DNA of 64,000 nt, from positions 43,254,477-43,318,476 of the forward strand of contig NC_092394.1 of NCBI RefSeq assembly GCF_030028105.1, in the 5' to 3' direction. Shown one piece after another: positions 39,924-52,539 of the stretch (position 1 is the first letter of the stretch; each line of letters begins with the position of its first letter). This DNA is from Mobula birostris. Lineage: Eukaryota. A program made the translations under genes and the position numbers. The notes below the pieces were generated by a model. The model had not been told where the DNA came from. It saw only the letters and a program-made list of their open reading frames with translations, and made no database searches.

Positions 39924-40344
39924 CTGGAACAGATTAATGAAAGCAACAGACTATGCATCAGGGAAAAAATCATCAGCAACAGATAGACATAAGATACGGC
40001 TCCTCATTTGTAATTTATTTTTGTCAAACAGAAGTATTTTTTGATGGAAACAGTGCTGTGGGTGTTGGTATTGTCCATTTCCTTTCTACCCGCTGATTGA
40101 AGAGATACCATAAATTGGTAGTTTTAGCTACCTGTATATCATGAGGGTCTGCTTGCTGTCATCAACAATACCATTTGTCAATGTGAGGAACATGAAGCTG
40201 ATACATTAAAGGTGACTACTGCTATACATGCACCAACTTCTAATTGCTGGTCATTTTAATGCTGTAGATTGAAATACTCCACCTTTCTGATGAATTGTAA
40301 TGTTTCATATATTCCCCACTGACTCTCAAAGTAGCTGCAACATA

Positions 40345-40839
40345 CACTCAGAGGGACTTTATTGGGTACATATGTACACGCTCGTTAATGCAAATATTTA
40401 ATCAACAAATCATCTATCAGCAACTCAATGCATAAAAGTATTCAGACATGGTTAAGAGTTTCAGTTGTTGTTCCGACCAAACATGAGAATGGGGAAGAAA
40501 TGTGATCTAAGTGAGTTTGACCGTTGGTGCCAGACAGGGTGGTTTGAGTATCTCAGAAACCGCTGATCTCTTGGGATTTTCACGAACAGTCCCTAGAGTT
40601 TACAGAGAATGGTGCAGAAAATATCCAGTGAGCGGCAGATCTGTCAGCAATAACACCTTGTTAATGAGAGAGTTCAGAAGAGAATGGTCAGACTGGTTCA
40701 AGCTGACAGGAAGGCAACAGTCATTCAAATAACTCTATTTGAATGCAGAACATATGTCGAACCTCGAAGTGGATGGGCTACAGCAGCAGAAACCACACCA
40801 GGTTCCACTTCTCTACCTTAAAAAAGTGCCCACTGAGTG
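40345..40839 (+). mobile_element. Non-autonomous Tc1-like element (same family)
   Basis: TIRs cactcag / ctgagtg, TA TSDs, GARQGGLSISETADLLGFSRT. Confidence 0.9.
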
Positions 40840-41324
40840 TATAACTATCAGTATAAATCTAGCAGCTAAAATTTTAACAAAGATATTGCCATAGACTCTG
40901 TGTTTCTAGACGATGGGGTGATTCAGTCCCCCTGTATGCAAGTAGGCATCAATAAAAAAAGTAACACATTTGGAAAATGAGAAGCTGCCTGCAATAAAAG
41001 TAGAAAATCTACAAAAATTCATCAAAACAGGCAATATCTATAGAGATAGAAATGTTAAATAATTAACTTAATTATCTTTTGTCAGAATACTGAAGCTTCC
41101 CTATTTCCCAGATGATCAGTTAATGACCTCAAGGACCAGTTAATTGTCCTCTCTCCAAACAGTGCCTGACTTACTGAATAATTCCATGCTTCCAGTGATT
41201 GTAGTGTTTTAAGTTATATGAATGAATGCACACTTCCCCCACCCCCACCAAAACCCTCCACACACTCCACCACCCAACCCTTTGCTTTGTATCACACTCA
41301 TACACAATGGGAATAGTACACTAC

Positions 41325-41448
41325 CTTTCTCCTCAATCTGGAACTTCCCTGATTTGGTGGAAGCCACCACTTTGGCCGTGGCCTCGTTAACTCCCTTGGA
41401 TGCCTCCCGCAGCCTTCCAAGATTACTGTTGTCTTTATCCGCTTTCAC
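41325..41448 (-). CDS. HIP1: HIP1 exon (124 nt): VKADKDNSNLGRLREASKGVNEATAKVVASTKSGKFQIEEK
   Basis: tag acceptor, AAG|gtag donor, phase 0-1; also seen in ORF track 41209..41448. Confidence 0.96.
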
Positions 41449-41469
41449 CTACAGCAGAAATTGCCTCAA

Positions 41470-42850
41470 ATAAGAGTTTATCGGGAGCCAGAGGAGATCA
41501 GGGAAAGAGTGGATCACTGAGGAATAATCCACATGTGATCAGGCAAGGCCCTAAATGAGTATTGCTTATTTGGAGAAGGATGTGCAGTAAGCTCTGGGAG
41601 GAGTATATCAATAGTCTGCAGCATATCAATATTAAAGAATTGGAGGTGTTAAGTGTCTTGAGCACATAAGGGTGGATAAATCCCCAAGGTTGGATGAGGA
41701 AGATGCTGGAGGAACTCAGTGAAACAAGAACCATTTGTGAAGTTACATCTCCTAAATGAGATCTACTCAGAATGTTGTGGGAAGCAATGGAGGAAAGAGT
41801 TGGGGAGCTGATGGAGATCTCTGCATCTTCTTTAGCTATAGGTGAGTGCTACAAAACTGAAATATAACTAATTAATGTTGGGCAGCTGGGACAAGCCAGA
41901 TAACCACAGGCCAGTGAGCCTTATGTCAATTGTACAGAAATTATCAGAATAGGATTTAAGTACATTTGGAAAGACTGGGACTGATCAGAGATAGTCAAAT
42001 TTGCTTCATGCAACGGAATTCCAGTTTCACTAATTTGATTTTTTTTTTGAGGAGGCAGCCAAGAAGATTGAAGAAGACAGGGTGGTAGATGCTGCGTTTA
42101 TGGACTTCAGCAAGGCATGTGACAAAGTGCCACATCCAAAGGTTAAGGGTCAAAGGTGAGCTAAGCCAATTGGATCCAAAGTTGGCTTGGTGACAGAAGG
42201 CAGAGGATGGTAGGGGAAGGATACTTTTCCGACTGGAAGTCTATGGCCAGTGATGTACTGCAAGGATCAGAGCTGGAATCATTGTTAAGACGTCTATCAA
42301 TAATTTGGCTGTGAAGATAGGACAGTTAATTAGTAAAGCTGTGGATGACACAAAGGTTGTCGGTATTGTGGGTAGTGAGAAAGGCTAAGACTACAGCAGG
42401 ACATATATCAGAGGAAACTTGGGTAGAGAGTGTGCAGAGGATATTTGCCTGAATGTTGCATAGATTAGAGGCATTTAGGAATGGGGGCGAGACTACTTTG
42501 CTTTTCCTGGAGCAAAGGAGATTGAGCGGTGATTAAATAAAGGTATATAAATTATCAGAGGGGTAGATTGTTAGACTCTTATCCCCGTTGGGATATCAAA
42601 AACAGGGGGCATAGATTTAAGGTGAAAGGAAGGAGTTTTAAAGGAGATTTGAGGGGAATATCTGGAACGCACTGGCAGAGGAGGTGATGGAATCAGATAC
42701 AATCAATATTTAAGAGACATTTAGGCAGGCACTTAAATAGACAAGGCATATACTGATCAGGACCCAGTGTGGGCAAGTGGGGTTGTGTAGATGGATAAGA
42801 ATATTACCATGAGCCTACAGTTTCTGAGCTGTACAGAACGGTATGACTCT
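41470..42850 (+). mobile_element. CR1 RT/3' fragment, intronic
   Basis: VDKSP, MDFSKACDKVPH, DDTKV remnants; tgtacagaacggtatgactct-type 3' end. Confidence 0.8.
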
Positions 42851-43254
42851 CAGTAGTCGGACAATATTCAGTAAACATTAAACTCCTGGCAGCACTGCAC
42901 TATCTCAGACGCTGTCACTGTCAGAAGCAAGATTGATAAAAATAATCACAAACATGCTGAAATATGGGTGCTTTATAATTGCAAAGTGAACTCCAGGCAC
43001 TCTCATGCTTTACAGGGTCATTGATAAGACTATCCCTCACAAGCTGTACTGGAAGATAATTGTTGTGACTGTAACACATTGAATCACTCTCCCAATCCAT
43101 CTGTTCAATCAGTGGGATTTTATATCAAATATAAAGTTTTTATAAACTAAATTAACATTTTTCAACACTCTGCATTCCTTTTTTGGAAGGTTTCTACTCA
43201 TTTGCCTCATGTAATTGAAAGAATATGAAGCAATGAAGCAAGGCGAGGACTTAC

Positions 43255-43360
43255 CTTGGAGGCAGCAACCAGCTGTGCTGTACTGGCTGCAATCTCATGG
43301 GAACACACCATTAATTCCTCAAACTTCCCCTTTCCCTGGACAACCATATCTGCAGCATCC
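43255..43360 (-). CDS. HIP1: HIP1 exon (106 nt): DAADMVVQGKGKFEELMVCSHEIAASTAQLVAASK
   Basis: cag acceptor, AAG|gtaag donor, phase 2-0; EELMVCSHEIAASTAQLVAASK motif. Confidence 0.97.
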
Positions 43361-44277
43361 CTGAACAGACAAATGGGAGAATACTAGTGCAAGCTCCAAA
43401 CCACTTATCAAATCTCAGCACTGCACCATAAATCAGAAGAATGTTCAACGGTAGTAAGACAGCCACCAGCTGACAGAAGCTCAAGTTGAACGAGCATCAG
43501 TGAGAATTACCGCAAGGACATAATACACAAACATATAGCATAAATTGTGTAAAAGTATTAAAGGACATTATTGCCCAATAGAATCCACCCCTGTAGTATG
43601 CTAACACTTGACCTTGATAACCCACATAAGGACAGTGCTGAAGCAGCCGAGACAACGGCCAACCTCAAATATCGAGTGATCGCTGTGTTGCACTTGCCCT
43701 TTTCTGACAGTCTGTTTCAGCCAAGCAGCAGGATCCCTGACACCCAACGGCCACGACGTCAACAAGCTGTCTGTGTATCTAGTCACATAAGTGTTTCTGA
43801 ACCATTGCAAACCAGAAGGAAAGGACTTCATTTCTAGCCAAATACTATTTGGTCCAATTTTTAAAACATTTCTGTCCTATTTTACCTACATTCAATGCCG
43901 TCTCTATGCTTGTTGGGCCTTCAATGATTCGATCCTGTCTCAGAAATATATAATTTTAAACACAACAGCATGATCTCCTACATTAATGAAAATTTAGTTC
44001 TCTCCTTTCACGTCTGTGTGTGGTCACAAAGCATCCTAGAAAATCTGTGCAACTTTCAGACCATAACACATGGGAGCAGAGTTAGGCCATTTGGCCCACT
44101 GACTTGCTCCACCATTCCATCATGGCTGATTTATTATTCCTCTCATCCCTATTCTCACCATAACCTGTAAGACATAGGAGCAGAATTAGGCCATTCAGCC
44201 CATCATGGCTACCCTACCAGACTCATAATTACCTCATAATTCTGTAGCAACAAACCCAAGCCTCCACAACTGCTTGG

Positions 44278-44420
44278 TTTCAGTTTCAGTCCCAACAAAG
44301 GCTCTTGGCCCAAAACATCGACTGTTTATTCATTTCCACAGACGCAGCCTGACCTGCTGAGTTCCTCCAGCACTTTGTGCACGTTGCTCTGCATTTCTAG
44401 CGTCTGCAGAATCTCCAGCA
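44278..44420 (+). mobile_element. Short degenerate PLE 3' end
   Basis: cagtccc...aaaacatcgactg...gcctgacctgctgagttcctccagc...ctgcagaatctcc. Confidence 0.7.
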
Positions 44421-45239
44421 TTTTCAGTATTATATTGCTCAACCACTGCACCTCAAATCTTATATTTTGTATATACATCTAGTTTTCTATTATATTTTGT
44501 TGGAAACTTACTGCTTTGTTTAATGTCTATGACTTGAAAGAGAACTCCGCTTTCCCACAACACCAGACACAACAGTATATTTTTACCATGAAAACAAATT
44601 ATTTACACTGAGTTCCTACGGCATCACCCTGTCCATTCACGACCACAGCTTCCTTTGGTGCTTAGAATTAGTATCAACCCCTCCCCCTCAAGTAGAAATT
44701 TGCACAGCCCTCTTGCTAGCCATACATCTCTGCCATTGTGAACAGTACCAATCCCACAAACTGCTGGCTTTTTACAACTTTCTGAGCACCAGCCTGCAAC
44801 CTCAGCTCCACATTTCCTCTTTTAAACCTTCAAAGCAACAACAGTATCTGTAGCAGTACAACTGCTGTCAGAATCCTTTCTTAATCTTCTTCCCTTCCTG
44901 GCATGCTGAAAGTTGTTACACTTGTTCCAAAGTCTACAGGAGACAAGGACAAGGAGGAATTCAGCAAAGTTGTCAGATTTTTTACACTAGTTAATTTTGA
45001 GGCACTTTAAGATTAAGCATGGTTCACAATGGAAGTCTGAATTATAGATGTTGGTACAGAAATCTGCAAGTTGAAACTAGAAGTGTGAATATTTGAACAG
45101 GTAGATTTAGAATCACAGAGGCACAGAAAAGTGCTACCCAACTTCTGTTCAGCACCTAATAATTCCCTTATGGATATCTGGAATTTCACAAGTATCTTCC
45201 TTCCCAAGTAAGATCCCATTTTTGGCCTCTGTATTTATC

Positions 45240-46690
45240 TGACATTAGTTTTCTCTACATCCAGGAGGCAGATTGGAAATGCTTACTCAATGGAAGGGAA
45301 GGTACTCAAGGTCGCGGAAGGGGTGAAAGTTAACAAGGTTATGAGAAAAGCTAACTGTGCTTAAAGAAATGCCTCTTACAAAAAAGGGTTTCAGCAAAAT
45401 GCTGACTACCAACCATGGACCAGTCAGTTTATCTTCAATGATGAAGTTCTTAGAAACAATGATCAGGGAAAATTAAAAGTTACTCAGAGCCTACTTAAAG
45501 ATTTATTAAAGGCAACTTGTGTTCAACTAACATAATTGAATTTTCTGATGAGGTAATAGAGATGGTCAATAAAGGTAAATGTAATAGACGTTATTTACTT
45601 AGGTTTTCAGAAAGCATTTGACTAACTCCCATATAAAAAGCAGATCAGTTAAACTGTGGACAGGGAGTAAAAGGGTCAGTTTCAGAGTGGGTAAAGAACT
45701 GGCTTAGTGATAGAAATCAGAGGGTGATAGTAAACAGATGGTTTTCTGACTGGAGTACAATAGAGAGTTGTTCCTTAATGTCAATGCCTTTTTTATATAC
45801 ATGTTGCCAAATTCATAAGCTGTGGGAAAAATTTTGAAGTTTGCAAATGACACAAAAATGGGAGATGAGTAAATAATGAGCATAACATCAGACTGCAGCA
45901 ACCCAAAGCAGAGTGGATAGACAGGTAGAGGGGAAATTTAATACAGAGATAAGTACAGTAATATACCTTGGAAAAATGAATGATGAACAATATTACAGAC
46001 CAAGTGACATACTCTAATATAAATGAATGAGAGACAAGTGTTGTGTATGAACCTTCAGAGCTGGTGGGGCACACAGGGAATGTGTTTGCTAAGGTACAGG
46101 AAGTATTGGAAATGCTACTACATTAAAGATTTGATACACTGTTTGGCTACGAATAAATTTACTTATGAAATTCTGGTCACCATACTTTAGGAAGAACGTG
46201 GAAAGTTGTAGGGAGATTGAAGGTGAGGTTGGCTTCAGGAATGAAGGACTTGATCAACAATGTCTGACTGGAGAGACTGGAGCAATTGTGCATGGAGTAA
46301 AGAAAGTTGAAAGATTTGTACAAGACTGGGATTAATTGAGGAAATTAGGGGTAATGGGGAGAAGGCTACAGACCAGGGCTGAGGGGGAAATGGATCAGCT
46401 ATGATGAATTGGCAGAGCAGACTCAATGGGCCAAATGGCCTGATTCTGCTCCTATACCTTCTGGTCTTAAAAGGAGCACAATTGAAGAGATCAGAAAATG
46501 ACATGGAATGATGTTGCGTATAAGGGTCACAGAAACAAAGTCTATCAGGACTTATAAATGAGAAATAGATAGATACTCAAAGGAAAGTTATTTTCAGGGC
46601 AAACAGAGTGAAGTAATGAGACTGACTGCATTGCACTGTGAATTCAATGGGCCAAATAGCCTTCTCCTGTGTCTTACTTCTATGATTCTA
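45240..46690 (+). mobile_element. CR1 RT/3' fragment(s), intronic
   Basis: FQKAFD, KFANDTK remnants; two CR1 3' UTRs. Confidence 0.75.
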
Positions 46691-46868
46691 GGAAGAGAGA
46701 TTTTTTTTAAATTTGAATATTCAACTCAAATGTAATGGTATCCAATCCTTAAACTCCGATTGCAATCTTGTGAACCAGACGTGATTGTAACTGGGATCCA
46801 GATTCAACAGCAGAGTCCATAGGTGACTGCTACTAGAACCATAAAAGAACAGCAGTTGTAATACTTAC

Positions 46869-46969
46869 ACCAACACAGTCGCTCCCCAGCCAACAGCCTT
46901 TGATGCAGAAATGAGTCCTTCGGTCCACCTGGAGTTCTTGGCATAGAACTCTTTCTGGGACGCTGCCCC
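46869..46969 (-). CDS. HIP1: HIP1 exon (101 nt): GAASQKEFYAKNSRWTEGLISASKAVGWGATVL(V)
   Basis: tag acceptor, gtaag donor, phase 0-2; signature EFYAKNSRWTEGLISASKAVGWGAT block. Confidence 0.97.
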
Positions 46970-47763
46970 CTATGAGCAAGAAACACAAAGCCATCATGGC
47001 ACCTTCTCAGCTGAAGGTTCCTACAAGTTGCTGGATAAGCTAGGACTACTACTTCATCTAAGTGCCCGTTCTCCATGTGCCAGTTCACGACTGACAGATG
47101 CAATTCAAACCCGTCATCCTGAGCCCAGATAAAGAATTGGGCATTGTCTGAAACACAAATGATCGGAAGGGAAACTAAGGACCAGGATGGCCAGAACATG
47201 AAACATTTTAAGGAAGGACAAGTGTGTTCCTTGTTGCAGTTTCCTGACTTGCTGCCGTCAGTTTGGGAAGGAATTCCAGTAAAATGACAGCAAACAACTA
47301 TTAATTTCATATGGTGATTATATGCAAATAGTCTCTTACAAGTCTCTTCCATAGTTGCTACTAAGTTGTTCCTGAAATACCTGGTTGGAGGACTCACCGA
47401 GCTGCAATGAGAGCCTGTTTTAGTAGCACTATGCACTGATATAATCACCTTTAACAGTGAATCAACAGCACACTTCACAGCTTAGTATTCAAATATTGAA
47501 AACTAAGCCTGCAGAGAGATACATGACCAACTGCTTGGACTTAATGATGCTTCTTAAAACTTGCATTAAGTAGGAGAGGAAGATATTGAGGAAAGGCTCA
47601 TATATGTTAATAGCCCTAGTGTGTGGGTGAGTGGTAGAATCTAGCTGGAGCGATGGAAATACGGGGAAAGTGCAATTGGATTGATGTGAATAGATGATTG
47701 ATGGCTGGTGTAGTTTCAAGAAGCCACATATAGTTCTGTGACTAGGTTTTACAAGGCTCTTAC

Positions 47764-47857
47764 CCTTCCACTCTCCACTATGTCCCTCTGTAGATCCTTC
47801 GATGTCAGAACCAACATTTTGACAGCATGCATCAAGTCAGTGCAAGATTCAAGGATC
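47764..47857 (-). CDS. HIP1: HIP1 exon (94 nt): ILESCTDLMHAVKMLVLTSKDLQRDIVESGR
   Basis: cag acceptor, AGG|gtaag donor, phase 2-0. Confidence 0.95.
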
Positions 47858-48697
47858 CTGAAGTAAATAACGCAGACAAACAAACTTAGAGAATAGGATT
47901 GAAAGCAGTTCAGTAAGATTGTAGTCAAAAGGAGGAAACAGGTAATAAACTAGTCAATTTTATTTTTGATTCAAGTCTATAAATGGACAAGGAACTTATT
48001 CAACAGAATCTGCAAAGAAAGTGAATGAAAAATGGGTTTGTCCAAGCCCGTGAGAATTCTGGACAAAAGAAAATTAGCAGTCATTCATCATTCTGTGGAA
48101 TGGATTGGATGAGAATGGAATTAGTTAATCGACAATCGAGGTGGTGAATGGGAATCAGTTTCATCCTTGGACCTCGATCAAATAGAGACAACTTTAATGA
48201 TGACACACGAGCTGCGTAGTTGACTTCTGTTTTGGATCAAAACAAACAACCCTTCCAGCAGGAACTTCTGAAGTTCCATCCACAAATCAGCAGATCAAGA
48301 CTGATAGCTAGCTGATTCATACCTCTACAACATTCAAAGGCCAAAAACTAAAGAGATTTTAAAAAAAAACAAACAATGTGTTATTCGTAAGAATCTAAAT
48401 TGGTGTAGAATTGTCACAATTTTATAGCTCCATGTTGCCTCCTGAGCACACTTACAAACACCATTGCAGAGAGATGACGGCAAATATAAGCCTACCGTAC
48501 TGAGTAGATACAATGACTCTGGAAAATATTGGTGACTGCATGGCAGCTTGCTGAGATTTCACAAAACAGGGGCTACAGAATGGTAAACAATTGCTTTCTC
48601 ATTGAGAGTTTAATATTAAAAGAACTTTAACAGTGAAGTTGTATTCAATGGCCAGCATCCAAACTTGATGTAGACTGATATGAACCAAGACAATTAC

Positions 48698-48756
48698 CTC
48701 TCATTCACCTCCAGCTTTACACCAGTGTCTCCTGCTCTTGACTTGCTCAGCATTTC
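48698..48756 (-). CDS. HIP1: HIP1 exon (59 nt): EMLSKSRAGDTGVKLEVNE(R)
   Basis: cag acceptor, gtaat donor, phase 0-2; peptide essentially identical to vertebrate HIP1. Confidence 0.96.
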
Positions 48757-48834
48757 CTGATTACAAGATTTTAAAGAAAAGAGAGAACTGTTTAAACAAA
48801 ACCACTTTAAAATCCAACAGGTAACATTCACCTG

Positions 48835-49076
48835 AGCAACACACACAAAATGCTGGAGGAACTCAGCAGGCCAGGCAGCATCTATGGAAAACAGTACAGT
48901 CGACATTTCAATCCGATACCCTTCAGCAGGGTCGATCCCATTTATAGATGTGTTTCTCGGCCTGAAATGCCAACTGTACTCTTTTCCATAAATGCTACCT
49001 GGCCTGCTGAGTTCCTCCAGCATTCTGTGTGTGTTGCTTGGATTTCCAGCATCTGCAGATTTTCTCTTGTTTGTGA
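48835..49076. mobile_element. Miniature palindromic Penelope insertion (two inverted 3' ends)
   Basis: both strands give MLEELSRPGSIYGK pseudo-ORFs; degenerate TSD aggtaacattca / aggtaacgatca. Confidence 0.85.
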
Positions 49077-49768
49077 TTAGGTAACGATCAGTCTTATGAA
49101 GATGAAGAAATTGAATTCTGCGTCATGTCAATCTATTCTTTCACTTTTCTACACGGAGAGTACATATTGGACTAGCTGTTAGAAAAGGCACACAGTTTCA
49201 AGTAATATAGTTTTCAACTTCCTGCAAGCTAACTTCAGGCAGGAAGAGTAGGCCAGATGGTAATAAATGGAACTTAAGTAAGTACTAGCAGTAATACACA
49301 GAGCTCTTGCTATCACCTCGTACTGAAAACCTTCAGACTTTGCCTTTTAAATACACTCTTCACTTTCTACCAAGTGCTCCTTCTCATCCTACATAGCTTT
49401 GCTCTATACAGGACTGACATAACAAATTACTTCAAACTGTTCTATAGTAGGCTAACTCGAAACTGAAATTCCAGAAGTGAGAAAATTTAGTTAAGTACAA
49501 AGAAAATCTTCCCTCCCTTTGCAAATGCAAAAAAATACAAAACTGACTTTTTTCTTCGTGAATTTCACCCCTCTCCCCCACAAATCTTTGCATGCCTTGC
49601 TTTACTTTGTGGAAAATCTGTACACAGTGACCTGTAAGCTAAAACAGGATATCACTGGCACAAGAAAACAGGTCAATCTATAGGAAGCCTCTAAACATTT
49701 GTTTTACCAACTCCACCTAACAATTTATCATTCAGCGTTTGAATTTAGTATTCCCTTTAAAACAAATA

Positions 49769-49910
49769 TCCTAAAAGACATCCTAGAAGACAGCGGCGCG
49801 GCTAATGTAGATGAACTGAACACACTGATGAGGGAGTCGGAGAAGTGGAGAGTCCGTCATCGTGCCCGAGGCGGCCCCCTAGGCCTGAGTCGACGTAGTA
49901 GTGGTAGTAG
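49769..49910 (+). mobile_element. RTE LINE 3' end
   Basis: LEDSG..ELNTLMRESEKWR; (GTA)n tail; perfect 12-bp TSD ttaaaacaaata. Confidence 0.85.
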
Positions 49911-50309
49911 TTAAAACAAATAAAACAGTCAGGGGCTCACCTGACCTCTCAAACCTGCTCTGCCTACCAACAAGATGACGACTGAACTTCGATGTGAATT
50001 GCACCTTCCAATCCTAAGCCCACATCCTTTGACTCCTTGTGCCCAATAAGATCTACTCATCTCAGTCTTGAAGTATTAAGCAAAAGCAGTCGAGCATTAG
50101 GAGTTCAGAAGATTCACAACCACCATCGCGGCTCTAAAAGGCTGCTCCTCATTCTGACACTCGGATCCTTCGCACTGAGAGCGGTAACCGTAAAGGAGTT
50201 GGGGGCTTACTGTTCTGGTTAACAACAGATGGTGCAATCCTGGTCATATTACAATCGAGGAACGTGTTTGTAGACCGGATATTGAACTTTTTGCTGTTGG
50301 ACTCCGGCC

Positions 50310-50575
50310 ATATTCCACCAAGATACAACACTGGGCGTCACGGGAGGTTGTTCCTGCCTGTGGCCATCGAACTTTGCAGCTCCTCCCGTGGAGGGTCAGA
50401 CACCCTGAGCCAATAGGCTGGTCCTGGACTTATTTCCATCTGGCATAGTTTGCATTTTGTTGTTTGATTGTTTGTGGTTTTTGTATTGCTATATTTATAC
50501 TCTATTCTTGGTTGGTGCGGCTGTAACGAAACCCAATTTCCCTCGGGATCAATAAAGTATATCTATCCATCTACC
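50310..50575 (+). mobile_element. Rex1/Babar 3' fragment with (ATCT)n tail
   Basis: homologous to 38500-38740. Confidence 0.85.
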
Positions 50576-51197
50576 TAGTTTTAAATTCTTCAGCCAAAGG
50601 AACCAGTCAAGTGTAAGGTTGATGCTGTTAAGTTTTAGGTGGTCAGATAAAGCAAATGGCAGAATACTGGAAAGTGCACAAATGAACACATGCACCAACA
50701 GCTAGAGCTGTAATTGAGGCAGAAATCCTCACGACTTTTAAATACTATCTGCCGAAGCGCATTAAGAGATCTGGATATCCTAGTTTAGTACAAGAGATTC
50801 TTTCTTTTAATTGCCAGGCTACAGAATACAAGAGAAAAGGAGGTCATTATAAAACAGCGTGAAGCAGCAATCAGACTACTGCTGGAATACTCTAAATAAT
50901 TGCACATTAGATAGGCTGACAGTGCTACAGAATGTACAGAGAGGATTTACAGGAACAGTAGCACAGCGGGAGGATTCAAGCAATGAGAAACTTTTCACTG
51001 GGCTACATTTGGTTGCCCGAGAACAGAGGAGTCCCGAGTGAAATTTACAGGAGATATACAGAAGGCACAATAACACAGTGGTGAGAGTAACACTTTACAG
51101 TACCAGCAACTTGGGTTCAATTCCAGCCGCTACCCATTAGGCATTTCAAAGTTGCTGGTGAACGCAGCAGGCCAGGCAGCATCTCTAGGAAGAGGTA

Positions 51198-51235
51198 CAG
51201 TCGACGTTTCGGGCCGAGATCCTTCGTCAGGACTA
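51198..51235 (-). ncRNA. Minimal hammerhead ribozyme (PLE), sense in the HIP1 pre-mRNA
   Basis: minus strand agtc-CTGACGA-aggatctcggccc-GAAAC-GTC-gact. Confidence 0.75.
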
Positions 51236-51564
51236 ACTGAAGGAAGAGTTAGTAAGAGATTTGAAAGTGGGAGGGGGAGGCGGAGATCTGAAATGATAGG
51301 AGAAGACAGGAGGGGGAGGGATGGAGCCAAGAGCTGGACAGGTGATTGGCAAAGGGGATATGAGAGGATCATGGGACAGGAGGTCCAGGGAGAAAGACAA
51401 GGGGGGGAACCCAGAGGCTGGGCAAGGGGTATAGTCAGCGGGACAGAGGGAGAAAAAGGAGAGAGAGAGAAAGAATGTGTGTATAAGGATAAATAACGGA
51501 TGGGGTACGAGGGGGAGGTGGGGCATTAGCGGAAGTTAGAGAAGTCAATGTTCATGCCATCAGG

Positions 51565-52539
51565 ACAGCGGCCAAGGAGATCCTCCACCTACCCCAGGAT
51601 ACAGCAGATGGAATACTGTATGCCAGGAATAAGTACGGAGGATTAAGCCTACCAAAGTTGGAAGTGCTGATTCCGATAGCTGTGATGAGGAAAAGGCCGG
51701 CATTGGAGCTCTCGGAGGACAGAGTTATCAAAGTGTCGTTCACCATGGCCAACAAGGACAACCAGGCAAAATCAAGAGTCTGGCTAGTCTCGAGGTGCTG
51801 AAGGAAGTCATGGGGGAGCAGGACTCTGACATCCAATCATACATGGTGGACAGACCGAGAGCACCTGGTAGAGGTTACGACGTCTTTGGGGAGATGATGG
51901 AGGATGAGGTGAGTGGACCACCCAAATTCGAGTTAGACTGGCGGACGACCGAATTCGAAAAGTGGGCCCAGCTAACTATACAGGGATCCGGAATCAGAGA
52001 CTTCAGGAATAATGAGCCATCTAATTGGTGGCTGAAAAACCACGAAGGCTGGAAGGGCTACCAGATAGCGGATGCTTTGCTGCTAAGATGTGGACAGTAT
52101 CCAACACGGTGTACAAGGAATAAAGGGGACAAAGATCGAGTGAAAACCTGTAGGAGATGTAGTGTGGCCAATGAGACCCTGGCCCATATCTCCGGGAGAT
52201 GCGCGGAGGTGAAAAGGAGCCGGATTAAGAGGCATAACAAGGTGGCTGAAAGACAAAGCCTGTAAGCTTGGATGGGATGCGTACGTCGAACCTCATATAA
52301 GAACAGAGGACGGATCACTATGGAAGCCGAACCTGATCTTTGTTAAGAGAGGGAAAGCAGCTGTAGTCGACGTGACCATCAGATATGAGGACAGCCATCT
52401 GTCCCTTGAAAAGGCGTGGAAGGAGAAGGAGGAAAAGTATAAACATCTCACACGCCAGATAAAAGAGCTTACAGGTGCAGAGACAGTAGCTTACTTTGGA
52501 TTCGTGGTGGGAGCAAGAGGTCTCTGGCTGAAAGAAAAC
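51565..52539 (+). pseudogene. R2 non-LTR retrotransposon fragment (RT thumb, CCHC knuckle, restriction-like endonuclease), 2 frameshifts
   Basis: IRTAAKEILHLPQDTADGILYARNKYGGL; DWRTTEFEKWAQLTIQGSGI; CRRCSVANETLAHISGRC (C-X2-C-X8-H-X4-C), RIKRHNKV; EPHI..KPNLIFVK..VVDVTIRYE..KEEKY..GFVVGARGLW. The PD motif reads PN. Confidence 0.92.

Noticed and set aside
46804-47478. 224-aa minus-strand ORF
   Set aside because: Overlaps the HIP1 101-nt exon in the wrong frame and has no recognisable domain; chance ORF.
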